The notes under the pieces are model-generated. The model made no database searches and had not been told where the DNA came from. It worked only from the letters and a program-made list of their open reading frames with translations. Shown one piece after another: positions 33,146 through 41,600 of a DNA stretch of 64,000 nucleotides; position 1 is the stretch's first letter, and every line of letters starts with the position of its first letter. Source of the DNA: a virus; IMG/VR virus record IMGVR_UViG_3300037851_000570, positions 1 to 64,000 of that record; one strand, 5' to 3'. The position numbers were made by a program, and so were the translations under genes.

Positions 33146-33641
33146 GTCCATCAGGCTGACGCTACCGCTGCCTCCCACGACGAATCACATCTATGTGAGG
33201 ACTCGTGGTGGCAGCATGGCGCTCACCGAAGAGGCCTCTCGGTTCCGGGAGAACGTCAAAGCCGAGGTAGTCCGGCAACTCGCCCAGGTGGCCCGGCTGC
33301 CGGTCGGCCAAGAGGTGGTGTACCGCATCACCCTGCACGCCTACTTCGACCAGCTCGAGAACCCTGGCTGGTTCAAGACCCTGACGAAGGGCCCGAGGAA
33401 AGGCGAAAGGGATGCGAAGAGCCGGTATAAGGCTCTTGATATCGACAACCGAATTAAGTTTCTGCAGGACTGCGTGGTCCGCAGCGTCGGTATCCCCAAC
33501 GACAGCCAGGTCTTCGAGAGCCACCAGATCAAGCTCGAAGACCCCGACAAGCCCCGGGCCGAGGTGCTCATCGAGGTGAGGCCTTGGTCCGACTATTTCC
33601 CGAAAGGAGGACGATATGGCCCTCAAACTACCGGCCGTTGA
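33093..33641 (+). CDS. rusA: RusA-like crossover junction endodeoxyribonuclease
   Basis: LTLPLPPTTNHIY and DIDNRIKFLQDCVV match the RusA N-terminal strand and the catalytic D-x-D-N region. The start is uncertain: in-frame GTG 33093, ATG 33000 or TTG 32985, all overlapping the upstream gene. Confidence 0.7.
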   Translation: MAPVPHQLGERRSPGAVESIRLTLPLPPTTNHIYVRTRGGSMALTEEASRFRENVKAEVVRQLAQVARLPVGQEVVYRITLHAYFDQLENPGWFKTLTKGPRKGERDAKSRYKALDIDNRIKFLQDCVVRSVGIPNDSQVFESHQIKLEDPDKPRAEVLIEVRPWSDYFPKGGRYGPQTTGR

Positions 33642-33951
33642 GGTCAACTTCGACGAGCTCAACCACTCGGAGCTCGTCCTGCTGGCAAATTGGAACCAGC
33701 TGGGGGCCACAAGAGCAAACACAAGAGAGGAGATCATTCAGGCGCTCGAGATCATGCAGCCCCTCAATACTCCGGCCGCTTTCCGAGATGAGGCCGAACG
33801 ATTGAGTGCGTGGATCAATCTCCACTGGAACGTGTTCCAGATGCAGGTGGGCAAGAGAGTATGCCCCAACTGCGATCAATGCAGCGACCTCCAGAATCTG
33901 GAGTGCTACCGGCTCAACAGGTCGAGGCTGGAGGTTGTTCGACATGGATGA
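33616..33951 (+). CDS. hypothetical protein (111 aa)
   Basis: The ATG has GAAAGGAGGA upstream. It has a CPNCDQC...C Cys cluster near the C-terminus. Confidence 0.65.
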   Translation: MALKLPAVEVNFDELNHSELVLLANWNQLGATRANTREEIIQALEIMQPLNTPAAFRDEAERLSAWINLHWNVFQMQVGKRVCPNCDQCSDLQNLECYRLNRSRLEVVRHG

Positions 33952-35239
33952 GCCCCGACAGCTCTGCCTGTACTGCAGTGGCTTCGTTCACTGCCCGCAT
34001 CTGGCCGACACGGCCGGTAAGCTCATCGAGCAGGCCATCATCACCGATGAGAACAGCGGCAGCTGCGCAGACTGGCGCCCTCTCACCGCCCAGAAGCGAA
34101 TGGTCAGAGAGGAGATGTACAAGAAGCTCGGTCTGGGCTATCTGCGCTGCATCCATTCCGAGCTGCCCGATAGAGAGGACACCCTCGAGAGGGAGGAAGA
34201 TGAGGACGCGAGGTATGAGATGATCATGGGTTTGGAGAGACCAGACTTCTACGGGATGCTCTACCAGGGTATCACGTCAACGGAGCGCGACGCGCAGCTC
34301 CGTTTCCAGACCGACGAGAACGGCCAGGTCAAGATGGCAGTCGGCCCGGACGGGACCCAGTTCCCCCTAGTTCGTCCGCAGTACGAGCTCAGTGGCTACG
34401 CGATGGACCCCAACGGGCCCATCAAGCTGCCACGCAACGCCATGCTCGCCAACGTCAGCGAGCTCATCGAGAACATCATCAAGGTCGAGGTGAGTCTCGG
34501 CCTCGTGACCAAGGTGAAGAAACCCAAGGCGCAGGAAGAGGCGCCACAACCCGAAGAAAGGGAGACCCAAGATATGCCCGCTACCAAAGGAACCCCAGTG
34601 CAGACCCGTGTGACCCAGAACCGCCCAGCCGGTGTCGCGCCGACTCCCGCAGGGGTCCGCCCTCCCGGTCCGGCTGCCGGCCGCCGCGCCAGTCCCAAGC
34701 CCCCGGGCCCCGCCGCCCAGGCTCAGGCACCGGCACAAGCACCGGCGCCCGCCCAGGCCCCTGTGCCACAGAGCATGCCGCGGCCCGCGGGCCCTGGCGG
34801 GGGTCGTGTGTCCAACCCGGTACGTCGTGGCGGCCCGCCGGCGCCCGTTCAGGCCCCGCAGCCAGCGCAAGCCCAGGTCGAGGCCCCCGGCCTGGACCCC
34901 GACAACCTGGCGGCCATGATCAGCAACGTGGTGGTGGCCAGAGTCGCCGAGGATCTCGCCACGAAGATGGGCGAGGTATTGGCAGCCATCGAGCACGCCA
35001 AGAACCAGATGCTCGAAGGCATCGGGTACCACTACGACATGGCCGCGCAGACTCAAGGCACGTACCAGTACGCCCGGCAGAACGACAAGGGCGACTACGT
35101 GGTAGACGACCAGGGCGTCGTCATCTACGACCCGCTGCCGCTTGTCAGCCGCAAGAAGGGTGGCATCCTCAGCTTCGCCGACGGGTCGGCCTACACGGCT
35201 CCGGACGAGCCGGAAGGCGGTCAGCCCCAGGGGGAATAG
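33944..35239 (+). CDS. hypothetical protein with N-terminal Cys/His cluster and long P/A/Q linker (431 aa)
   Basis: The ATG at 33944 (GGAGG upstream) overlaps the previous stop. The N-terminus is CLYCSGFVHCPH...C, and the middle is PAAQAQAPAQAPAPAQAPVPQ low complexity. Confidence 0.75.
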   Translation: MDEPRQLCLYCSGFVHCPHLADTAGKLIEQAIITDENSGSCADWRPLTAQKRMVREEMYKKLGLGYLRCIHSELPDREDTLEREEDEDARYEMIMGLERPDFYGMLYQGITSTERDAQLRFQTDENGQVKMAVGPDGTQFPLVRPQYELSGYAMDPNGPIKLPRNAMLANVSELIENIIKVEVSLGLVTKVKKPKAQEEAPQPEERETQDMPATKGTPVQTRVTQNRPAGVAPTPAGVRPPGPAAGRRASPKPPGPAAQAQAPAQAPAPAQAPVPQSMPRPAGPGGGRVSNPVRRGGPPAPVQAPQPAQAQVEAPGLDPDNLAAMISNVVVARVAEDLATKMGEVLAAIEHAKNQMLEGIGYHYDMAAQTQGTYQYARQNDKGDYVVDDQGVVIYDPLPLVSRKKGGILSFADGSAYTAPDEPEGGQPQGE

Positions 35240-35307
35240 CCGAGGCCCCGTTCTACGGGGCACAAGAGATCGAGGACATCATCTTACGGTCTGAGGAGAT
35301 CTCCAGG

Positions 35308-35421
35308 ATGTCGCTGGCAGACCTCCAGGCCTTGGCCGACCAAGTGGGAGTCGGGTACACCGGCCTCGATGAAGAGGCGCTTCGAGCCAAGCTGGTTCTC
35401 GAGGGAGAGCCAGTAGCGTGA
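35308..35421 (+). CDS. 37-aa HeH/SAP (Rho-N-like) mini-protein (tentative)
   Basis: Found by eye. The ATG at 35308 has GAGGAG 9 nt upstream. The product MSLADLQALADQVGVGYTGLDEEALRAKLVLEGEPVA fits the helix-extension-helix pattern. It is followed at once by a strong terminator. Confidence 0.4.
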   Translation: MSLADLQALADQVGVGYTGLDEEALRAKLVLEGEPVA

Positions 35422-35427
35422 AACCCC

Positions 35428-35463
35428 GCCCCGCCCAGGCGATCCTGGGCGGGGCTTTTCTTT
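35428..35463 (+). terminator. strong intrinsic terminator
   Basis: GCCCCGCCCAGG (35428-35439), loop CGAT, CCTGGGCGGGGC (35444-35455): a perfect 12-bp GC-rich stem followed by TTTTCTTT (35456-35463). Confidence 0.8.
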
Positions 35464-35472
35464 GGAGACCAC

Positions 35473-35823
35473 ATGGCAACACCACCGCTCCGCGGACCAG
35501 ATGGCCCTGAAGAGCCGTTGGAGGACGAAGACCTCGAAGAGGAGGCGCTCCCAGACCGACGAGATCCATGGAACGACCGGCAACGTCGAGCGCTAGATGC
35601 CGTCCTCGAAGAGCGCCGGTACCAGAAGAGCCGCTGGCCGAACGACCATCTGCATACCCCGTCCGACTGGGTCAGCATCTTGACCGTTTGGCTTGGCAAG
35701 CTGGCGTCCGAAGCGCCGCCGTACCGCGGCACTGACGACCCGAAAGCTCTGGAGGCCTTCCGAAAGAGGCTCACTCAGCTGACGGCCATCGGGCTGGCAG
35801 CCCGAGAGGTGCTCGAGCCATGA
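35473..35823 (+). CDS. hypothetical protein (116 aa)
   Basis: ATG 10 nt after the terminator T-tract, with an acidic N-terminus. The ERRYQKSRWPNDHLHTPSDWVSILTVWLGKL stretch faintly resembles MazG-like all-alpha pyrophosphohydrolases but lacks their acidic EExxE motif. Confidence 0.65.
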   Translation: MATPPLRGPDGPEEPLEDEDLEEEALPDRRDPWNDRQRRALDAVLEERRYQKSRWPNDHLHTPSDWVSILTVWLGKLASEAPPYRGTDDPKALEAFRKRLTQLTAIGLAAREVLEP

Positions 35824-36158
35824 AGCGCGGCACCTGCATGCTCAAAAAAGAGCAGGACAAGCTCTTCAAGCTGGTGAAGACGTACCTGTACACCAGGAAT
35901 GCCGAAGCCGATCCGACGGCATTTTACCAGTACAAGATCAAAACCAAAGCGGGGATCTTGCTGGTTTCATTCGGGAAAAACCAGGGCGCGATCTTCTGCC
36001 GATTCGATGATCCGGACGCTGCCCTGAAGATCATGACGGACTACACGTCCCGGGTACGGTTGAACACCATCTCGGGCAAGTGGAACTTCCACTTCGGCCG
36101 TACACCCGCCGACGATGCATTCCAGGTCTTCAAGGGAGAGCTCGACAGGGTCTTGTGA
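35820..36158 (+). CDS. hypothetical protein (112 aa)
   Basis: ATGA overlap with the previous gene. Lys-rich with somewhat lower GC. It is the last gene of the plus block. Confidence 0.65.
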   Translation: MKRGTCMLKKEQDKLFKLVKTYLYTRNAEADPTAFYQYKIKTKAGILLVSFGKNQGAIFCRFDDPDAALKIMTDYTSRVRLNTISGKWNFHFGRTPADDAFQVFKGELDRVL

Positions 36159-36164
36159 AACGCG

Positions 36165-36192
36165 GGGGCGTGGAGGCGCCCCTGCTTTTCTT
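36165..36192. terminator. intrinsic terminator between convergent blocks
   Basis: GGGGCG (36165-36170), a 6-nt loop, CGCCCC (36177-36182), then TGCTTTTCTT. It lies between the stop of 35820..36158 (+) and the stop of 36197..36706 (-). Confidence 0.6.
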
Positions 36193-36196
36193 AGCC

Positions 36197-36706
36197 CTAT
36201 CGCGTACCTATGTAGATCCCGACCCCCACAGCACCGATGACAGCCCCGACGATTCCGACCACGTAGGGCCAGATGGCGCCACCCGAGCACTTGACCAGCT
36301 CCTTCTCACAGGTCTCGAGATTGCCCTCCACACGCTCACAGCGGCCCGCCAAGACCCTCTTGTCGTTCTCCAGGGTCGAGATGACCTGGTCCTTGGCGTC
36401 GAGCTGCTCTACGCGCTGCCTGTCGATCCTCTGGTAGGTCAGAATGTCGACCCGCAGCTTGACAAGCTCGGCGTCGAACTTGGCGAGTTCCAGGTATTCC
36501 TCGAGCAAGTAGTAGCGGGCCGGTCCCACATCCTGGACCTTGCCGAAATGGCCTGGGGGAAGGAGCTGGAAGGTCACGACCGTCTGGGCGTGGGCCTCCG
36601 AGATGCAGGACCGCCAGAGGAACCCCGTGACCGCCACAAACGACAGCGGCAGCAAAATCCACGGGTTCTCGTACCAGAGGGTCCTACGGTTTTGGGTCAC
36701 GCGCAT
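36197..36706 (-). CDS. membrane protein: N-terminal hydrophobic segment, coiled coil, C-terminal TM anchor (169 aa)
   Basis: WILLPLSFVAVTGFLW near the N-terminus, a heptad-like charged middle, and a C-terminal AIWPYVVGIVGAVIGAVGVGIYIG. It overlaps the upstream gene by 23 nt. Confidence 0.7.
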   Translation of the reverse strand: MRVTQNRRTLWYENPWILLPLSFVAVTGFLWRSCISEAHAQTVVTFQLLPPGHFGKVQDVGPARYYLLEEYLELAKFDAELVKLRVDILTYQRIDRQRVEQLDAKDQVISTLENDKRVLAGRCERVEGNLETCEKELVKCSGGAIWPYVVGIVGAVIGAVGVGIYIGTR

Positions 36707-37121
36707 CGACGACCACCAGCTGGTCCCAGGACGAGATGCTGGACAGCTCTTTGACGTACTCCTCGTGCATTACCTGACGAGCGCCCATCTCGCTCTTGAG
36801 CTCTGTGATTTGGGTTTCGATGTCCTTGATGACTTCCTGGGCGTCTCGCCGGGCCGTCTCGTTGTCGGCCAGCTTGGCGTTCTCCTTTGCCTGCCGCTCA
36901 TCCTCGAGCTGCTTCCGCAGCTTCCTGGCAGTCTCGGCCGCGGCGCGCTTGGTCAGCGCCATCTTGATGCCCAGGACCGCGAGGATGATGACGAAGAGCG
37001 AGAGGAAGAACAGGGTGACCGGCCAGGATGACGGAGAGCCCCCTTCGCCCGAGCCGGCCACCGAGTCCAAGATCTTCTGCAGACCGGACTTCTCGTCCGG
37101 CTTGTCGGTCTGGGCTGGCAT
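36684..37121 (-). CDS. single-pass membrane protein with coiled-coil domain (145 aa)
   Basis: TM segment WPVTLFFLSLFVIILAVLGIKMAL followed by a highly charged helical region (KLRKQLEDERQAKENAKLADNETARRDAQEVIKDIETQITELK). Confidence 0.7.
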   Translation of the reverse strand: MPAQTDKPDEKSGLQKILDSVAGSGEGGSPSSWPVTLFFLSLFVIILAVLGIKMALTKRAAAETARKLRKQLEDERQAKENAKLADNETARRDAQEVIKDIETQITELKSEMGARQVMHEEYVKELSSISSWDQLVVVDARDPKP

Positions 37122-37721
37122 CTACTTGGCCGGTTCGGCTGGCTTCTTCTGGACTAGGTTGACGATGACGTCGAAGAGCTCGTGGACCGAGATGGCCAAC
37201 GGGCCCGAGACTCCCAGCATGATAGCGCTCGTCCAGCTCTCGCCGGCAGCAAAGTGCGAGACCAGCGCGACCACGATGCCCAACGAGAGCGTCGTGATGC
37301 GTAGGGCTGCCTTGCCCTTCTTGCCCTTCCAGAACTCGCTCGTGAACTTGACGCAGCTGAGCAGAATCTTGAAGACGGCGGCCAGCAGTGCCATGAGTGC
37401 CAAACGGGCAGCGTGCTTGTCGCCTTCCTTCTTCTCGGCCTGGTACGCCTTGACGGCGTCGGCCACGCCCTTGGCGTCGGTCACGATGTCGTTGACCGTG
37501 ACCTTGTCGCCTTCGACTTTCACGACCGCTGGAGCCTCGACCGGAGCGGCCGGGGTCTCGGGAACGGCAACCGCCGGAGCCGGCGTCGGAGCAACCGCAG
37601 GAGCGGCAACGACCGTGGTTGCAGGAGCCGCCGGAGTCACCGCAGGCGCTGCGGGCTCCTGCGCGTAGGCCAGGACCGAGAGCGTCAGGGCAAAGACGGA
37701 TACGAACAGGGCGGGTCTCAT
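37122..37721 (-). CDS. secreted/membrane protein with signal peptide, P/A linker and 2-3 TM segments (199 aa)
   Basis: MRPALFVSVFALTLSVLAYA-QE signal-like N-terminus, then a PAAPAVTPAAPA linker, then ARLALMALLAAVFKILLSCV, ITTLSLGIVVALVSHFAAG and AIMLGVSGPLAISV. Confidence 0.7.
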   Translation of the reverse strand: MRPALFVSVFALTLSVLAYAQEPAAPAVTPAAPATTVVAAPAVAPTPAPAVAVPETPAAPVEAPAVVKVEGDKVTVNDIVTDAKGVADAVKAYQAEKKEGDKHAARLALMALLAAVFKILLSCVKFTSEFWKGKKGKAALRITTLSLGIVVALVSHFAAGESWTSAIMLGVSGPLAISVHELFDVIVNLVQKKPAEPAK

Positions 37722-37739
37722 AGATCTCTCCTTTCGCGC

Positions 37740-38216
37740 CTAGACGGTAGGGCGCGGGGCAGGGGCCGGCCGCCGCGGGGGGCCGGGTCTCTTCTCGGGT
37801 TTGGGGGCATCGGTTGTCTCGGGCGCGGCCTCGGCCGCGGCTTCGGGCTGGTCCGGCGTGGGCGGTGCATCAACCTTCGGCGCCACCTCCGGCGAGGGAA
37901 TCGGAGCTCCCTGGGGCGGCGCACCCATCGGGGCATCATCTTCGAACTTCAGGGAGGCCATGTAGTCGAGGAACCCATTGGCCCGACCCTGAGAGTCGGC
38001 GGCCTGGAGCTCGAGAGAGCGGACCCGCGCTTCCAGCTGGCGGATCTGGTCCCTCAGTTGACTGGTCTCTTGCTGGATGCGTTCGAGCCGACGGGACTCG
38101 ACGACGTACTTGCCGGCCAACCGGCGCTCGTCCTTTGTCAGGCGGCTCGGGTCGCCCTCGAGCTGCTTGATGACGTTCTGCACGTACATCTGGATGTCTT
38201 GTTGACTGGCTGGCAT
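37740..38216 (-). CDS. coiled-coil protein with P/A-rich tail (158 aa)
   Basis: The RLERIQQETSQLRDQIRQLEARVRSLELQ heptads are followed by PPQGAPIPSPEVAPKVDAPPTPDQPE. There is an AGGAGA RBS for the next gene in the 18-nt gap. Confidence 0.7.
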   Translation of the reverse strand: MPASQQDIQMYVQNVIKQLEGDPSRLTKDERRLAGKYVVESRRLERIQQETSQLRDQIRQLEARVRSLELQAADSQGRANGFLDYMASLKFEDDAPMGAPPQGAPIPSPEVAPKVDAPPTPDQPEAAAEAAPETTDAPKPEKRPGPPRRPAPAPRPTV

Positions 38217-38261
38217 GCTGGTCTCCCTTGAATGGTAGTTTTGGCCTGGCCTGGGTCTATC

Positions 38262-38615
38262 TCATTCGATGGTGCCTGACAAGATGCCCTTGTCGAGCAA
38301 CCACTCGTACAGCACTCGCTTGACCCCGGCGTAGATGACGTGGTCCTCGTCGACAGTCGTGGCCTCGGCGATCATGTCATCGTAGTCGGTTGTGGCCGGC
38401 CCGGGCTCCGAGGGGGCGTTCTGGATGATGTGCAGCACATCAGGGGAGGATTTGCCTCGGACCCACGCGCCGGCTACCTCGTCGCCATACTGAAAGATGA
38501 ACTCGATGAACTTGGCCTCGGTATCGACCGTGACCCGCACGATCTTGGCGCGGGGGTAGGTGTGTCCAGGGTCACTGTCACCGGGGTCGTAAGAAGTCGT
38601 AAGCAGCAGGGGCAT
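38262..38615 (-). CDS. small protein downstream of the fibre gene (117 aa), paralog of 42431..42760
   Basis: MPLLLTTSYDPGDSDPGHTYPRAKIVRVTVD aligns with MEIILTTPIEPGTLDPGTTYDRVRILNFSVD of the other copy. Each lies immediately 3' of a giant fibre gene. Confidence 0.7.
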   Translation of the reverse strand: MPLLLTTSYDPGDSDPGHTYPRAKIVRVTVDTEAKFIEFIFQYGDEVAGAWVRGKSSPDVLHIIQNAPSEPGPATTDYDDMIAEATTVDEDHVIYAGVKRVLYEWLLDKGILSGTIE

Positions 38616-38623
38616 CGTTCACC

Positions 38624-41600
38624 TCAGCTAATCATAGCATCGTTCCACATGTCGTAGCCGTAGAAGTAGCACCGAAGCCCGCCCACCATGTACATGTCGG
38701 TGCCGGCCGCATCTCCGCAGTTGACCTCGATCCAGTACTGGTTGCCCGCCGTGAACGTGACAGAGAGACCGGTGAAGAGAGCTGTGCTGGTCCACCAGCC
38801 TGTTCCTCGAGTGTCAGTGTACGTCGCCAGGACCGTCGCGTTGGAGCTGCTATTCCAAGCCCGGGTGTTCAGCGTCCAGGTGCAGGTTGAGGCCGTCCAC
38901 TTGTAAAGAGAGGCGTAGACCTCGAGCAGAACATGACCGGATGGAGCATGGAGGGGCTGGTACCAGAGACCCGGGTCATCGAGCCCCTGCCACCGATAAC
39001 CGAATGACCTCTTTCCTGTGTTCGGGGTGCTGCCGTCGCCACCGACGAACATCGGCCAGTAGTACCGGTAGTAATAGTCGGCATTTGTAGCCTTGAAGCT
39101 GCCAAGAGTTGGGGCCTCGATCGTCACAAGCGAGCGCCACAGAGAGCCGTGATAGAACGCCACCTCGCTGAGAGAGACCGCTGTGCCAGCTGTGCCCGTA
39201 GTTCCATAGCGGAACGTCAGGTTCGACCCGCCCGACGTCGTCGATAGTTGATGCACATAGCCGGTGTTGATGCGGATCCAGTTGGCGCCGTTGAAGTAAC
39301 AGTTGAAGCTGAAATTCTTCTCGCCACCGTCGTGGAAGCCCCCTATGGCCCCGATACGGATGGTGTCAGAGCTTCCTGGGTTGAGTGTCAGGACTGTGTT
39401 GCCGGCGTTCTGTGCCCGAAAGGTATGGGCTGTAGCGTCGTAGTAGATCGAGCTACCAGCCGAGGGGCCTCCGATCTCGATGTTCGCCCCTGCTCCCGCC
39501 GAACTGCCGCCAGAGAGAAACAGGATGCTGTTGTCGACATTTCGGCAAATTCCGTTCGGGTGCCCAACTTGGATGGTTGCATCGGCCTTGAGAAACAGTA
39601 CCTGGTAGCCGTAGTAGCCAAGCGACATGTAGTTGTTCGTGCTTCCGTCTCCGGCGTGATACCAGCCAATCTCTCCAGTGTTGAGCGAGCTGTCTTCTTT
39701 ACCAATGTGAACGAAGTGGGTGTGGCCGTTCGTGATGTTCGGAGAATAGAAGCGGGCAAGCCGCAACCCCGACCAACTGGCAAACGTGTTGTTGACCTGG
39801 AAAGCGGTATCGTTTCCCCAGAAGTTTTTGTCTCCGACTATCACCTGTCCGTTGTACCGAACGGCCATGCGATCTGTATTCGACGTGCCGAAAACGAGAT
39901 CTCCGGCGTCGACTGTCTTGATGGTCAGCTCGCCGGTTCCTCTTGACGCCAAATAGCGCTCCGCATTGGCACCCGCCGGGGCGAGCAGACACAAGCTCCA
40001 ATCCGTGTAGGTGTCGTCGGAGCGGAGCCAAAGCTGGGAGAGGCGGTCTCCTGACGAGTTGTGACCAATCTTCAGCGAGCTGGTCGCCGACGCGGCTGTT
40101 GGCCCCAATACCGTGGTCCCGAACGAATAGACTGTGTCCTCCGAGACTGCGAAGACGTTGACGCTGTCGACCCACCACTCATGCCAGTTCAGAGCCCGGT
40201 CGTAATAGTAGAAGTCGTCAGCATCAGCATAGAAAATCGGGTTGCCGCTGGACTTTGCAATCTTGAAGTTGGCATCGCTGACAAAAGAGTGAGTCCCCGA
40301 CGTTACAGTCGACGTGGCGATGAGATTGATGGTAGAGCCATAGATGTCGACGTTTCCACTTCCGGCTGCCAGGAGCTTGAGGTTGCAGCTCAATGGTGAG
40401 TAGTTGGCCGCCGCAATCGTGAAAGTCGTCCATGTCGGATCTACCAGGCTGTCAGATTCCTGATAGAAAACCAGCCTCCCGTAGACGGGCGTAACACCCG
40501 ACGTCAGAGTCGGTCCTTGAAAGTGGATTCCTGCCTGCTCGCCATTAGGGGTAACGGCACCCACGGGCAGAAAGGTTAACTGCCGGCTTTGTGGCTTACC
40601 CACCAGGGTATGGTAGTCCTGGGAGAAGTTGAGGCCGTACGTCCAGTCTGTGTCCAGTCGAACTTCCAGGAACGTACCACCCGCGGGCGTGAATCGGCTT
40701 GCCCCAACTCCGATTTGGTTCGCTCGAACAACGGTGTGGTGTCCACCCTCGTCGTGCTCGTTCTCCAGCCGATAGTCCAGGTCCTCCAGGCTCAACCGAT
40801 TGTCGTTGTAGAGAATGTCCAAGTATGACGAAGACGAGGGCCCCTGAATGCGTCGGAGCACCTCCTGCATGTGAGCATCGGTCTCCTGCTGGTACTTGAG
40901 CGGGACCGAGGCAAACGCTGTGGGGTCGCTGGAGATCTCGTTGAGGTTCGACTGCTGACGGTAGAGAACTCGGTACGTCCCGGTCGGCACCGGGAACGTC
41001 AGCTCGACGTAGGGTTTGTAGTAGAAGTCTCCATTGTACCGAAGGTCGAACGTGCCGAGACTGACGCCCGAAGGGTTCAGGATGACCGGACCGAAGTCCA
41101 AGGTCATGAGCTCGACGGTCGTCTTGTTGACGATCTTCGATACTCGATAAGTGCCGTCGTTGTTGTAGGGGGTCGTGCCGCTATGGCCCGCGAGCACGAT
41201 CTTGTCGCCCACGATCGCCTGAGTCGTGAAGTCCAAACCCGAACCCGAACAGATGATTCGGTTGTTGAAGTCGATTCTGGTAACCGTACCCGCCTTCTTG
41301 GAACCTGAGAGCTGCTCAACCCGACTGCCACCTGGCCCGGTCAAAAGCTGGTTGGCCCGAACCATCGAAGCCACGTAGCTCAAGACCTTGCCGTCCGTTA
41401 CGGCAATGCTCAGCGGGTAGCGAACTCCGTCTGGGCCGACATTCCGAATGGCAACCTGATTGTTCGAGATCCAACGAAGGATCTTGAGCCGATGGCCTTG
41501 TAGCCCCGACATCCCGGCGTCATCACTGAGAACGTAGATGTCATCTTTCGGGTCGGTGCTGAGAAAAGCGCCCGTGCAGGTGACCAACTGCTCACCCGTA

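Noticed and set aside
34620-34885. Possible CRISPR-like or tandem DNA repeat in the CAGGC/CCGGC-rich stretch
   Set aside because: The repeats are short, imperfect and in frame within a P/A/Q linker, with no repeat-spacer periodicity. No CRISPR array was seen anywhere in the window.
34367-35263. 298-aa minus-strand ORF opposite 33944..35239
   Set aside because: It is antisense to a gene in a plus-strand operon. Its R/G/L-rich translation mirrors the P/A linker.
35473-35823. MazG-like nucleotide pyrophosphohydrolase
   Set aside because: The resemblance is limited to an ER-x-x-Q-x-x-(K/R)-W...H...W-x-x-IL pattern. The acidic metal-binding EExxE/D motif is absent, so no functional call is made.
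36197-36706. Unimolecular spanin (N-terminal lipoprotein plus C-terminal TM)
   Set aside because: The only Cys near the N-terminal hydrophobic segment is in FLWRSC, which does not fit a lipobox (Arg at -2, Trp at -3). It is left as a generic membrane protein pending LipoP.
37413-38231. 272-aa plus-strand ORF across the membrane cassette
   Set aside because: The translation is extremely R/G-rich and antisense to four tightly coupled minus-strand genes that have clear TM and coiled-coil features.
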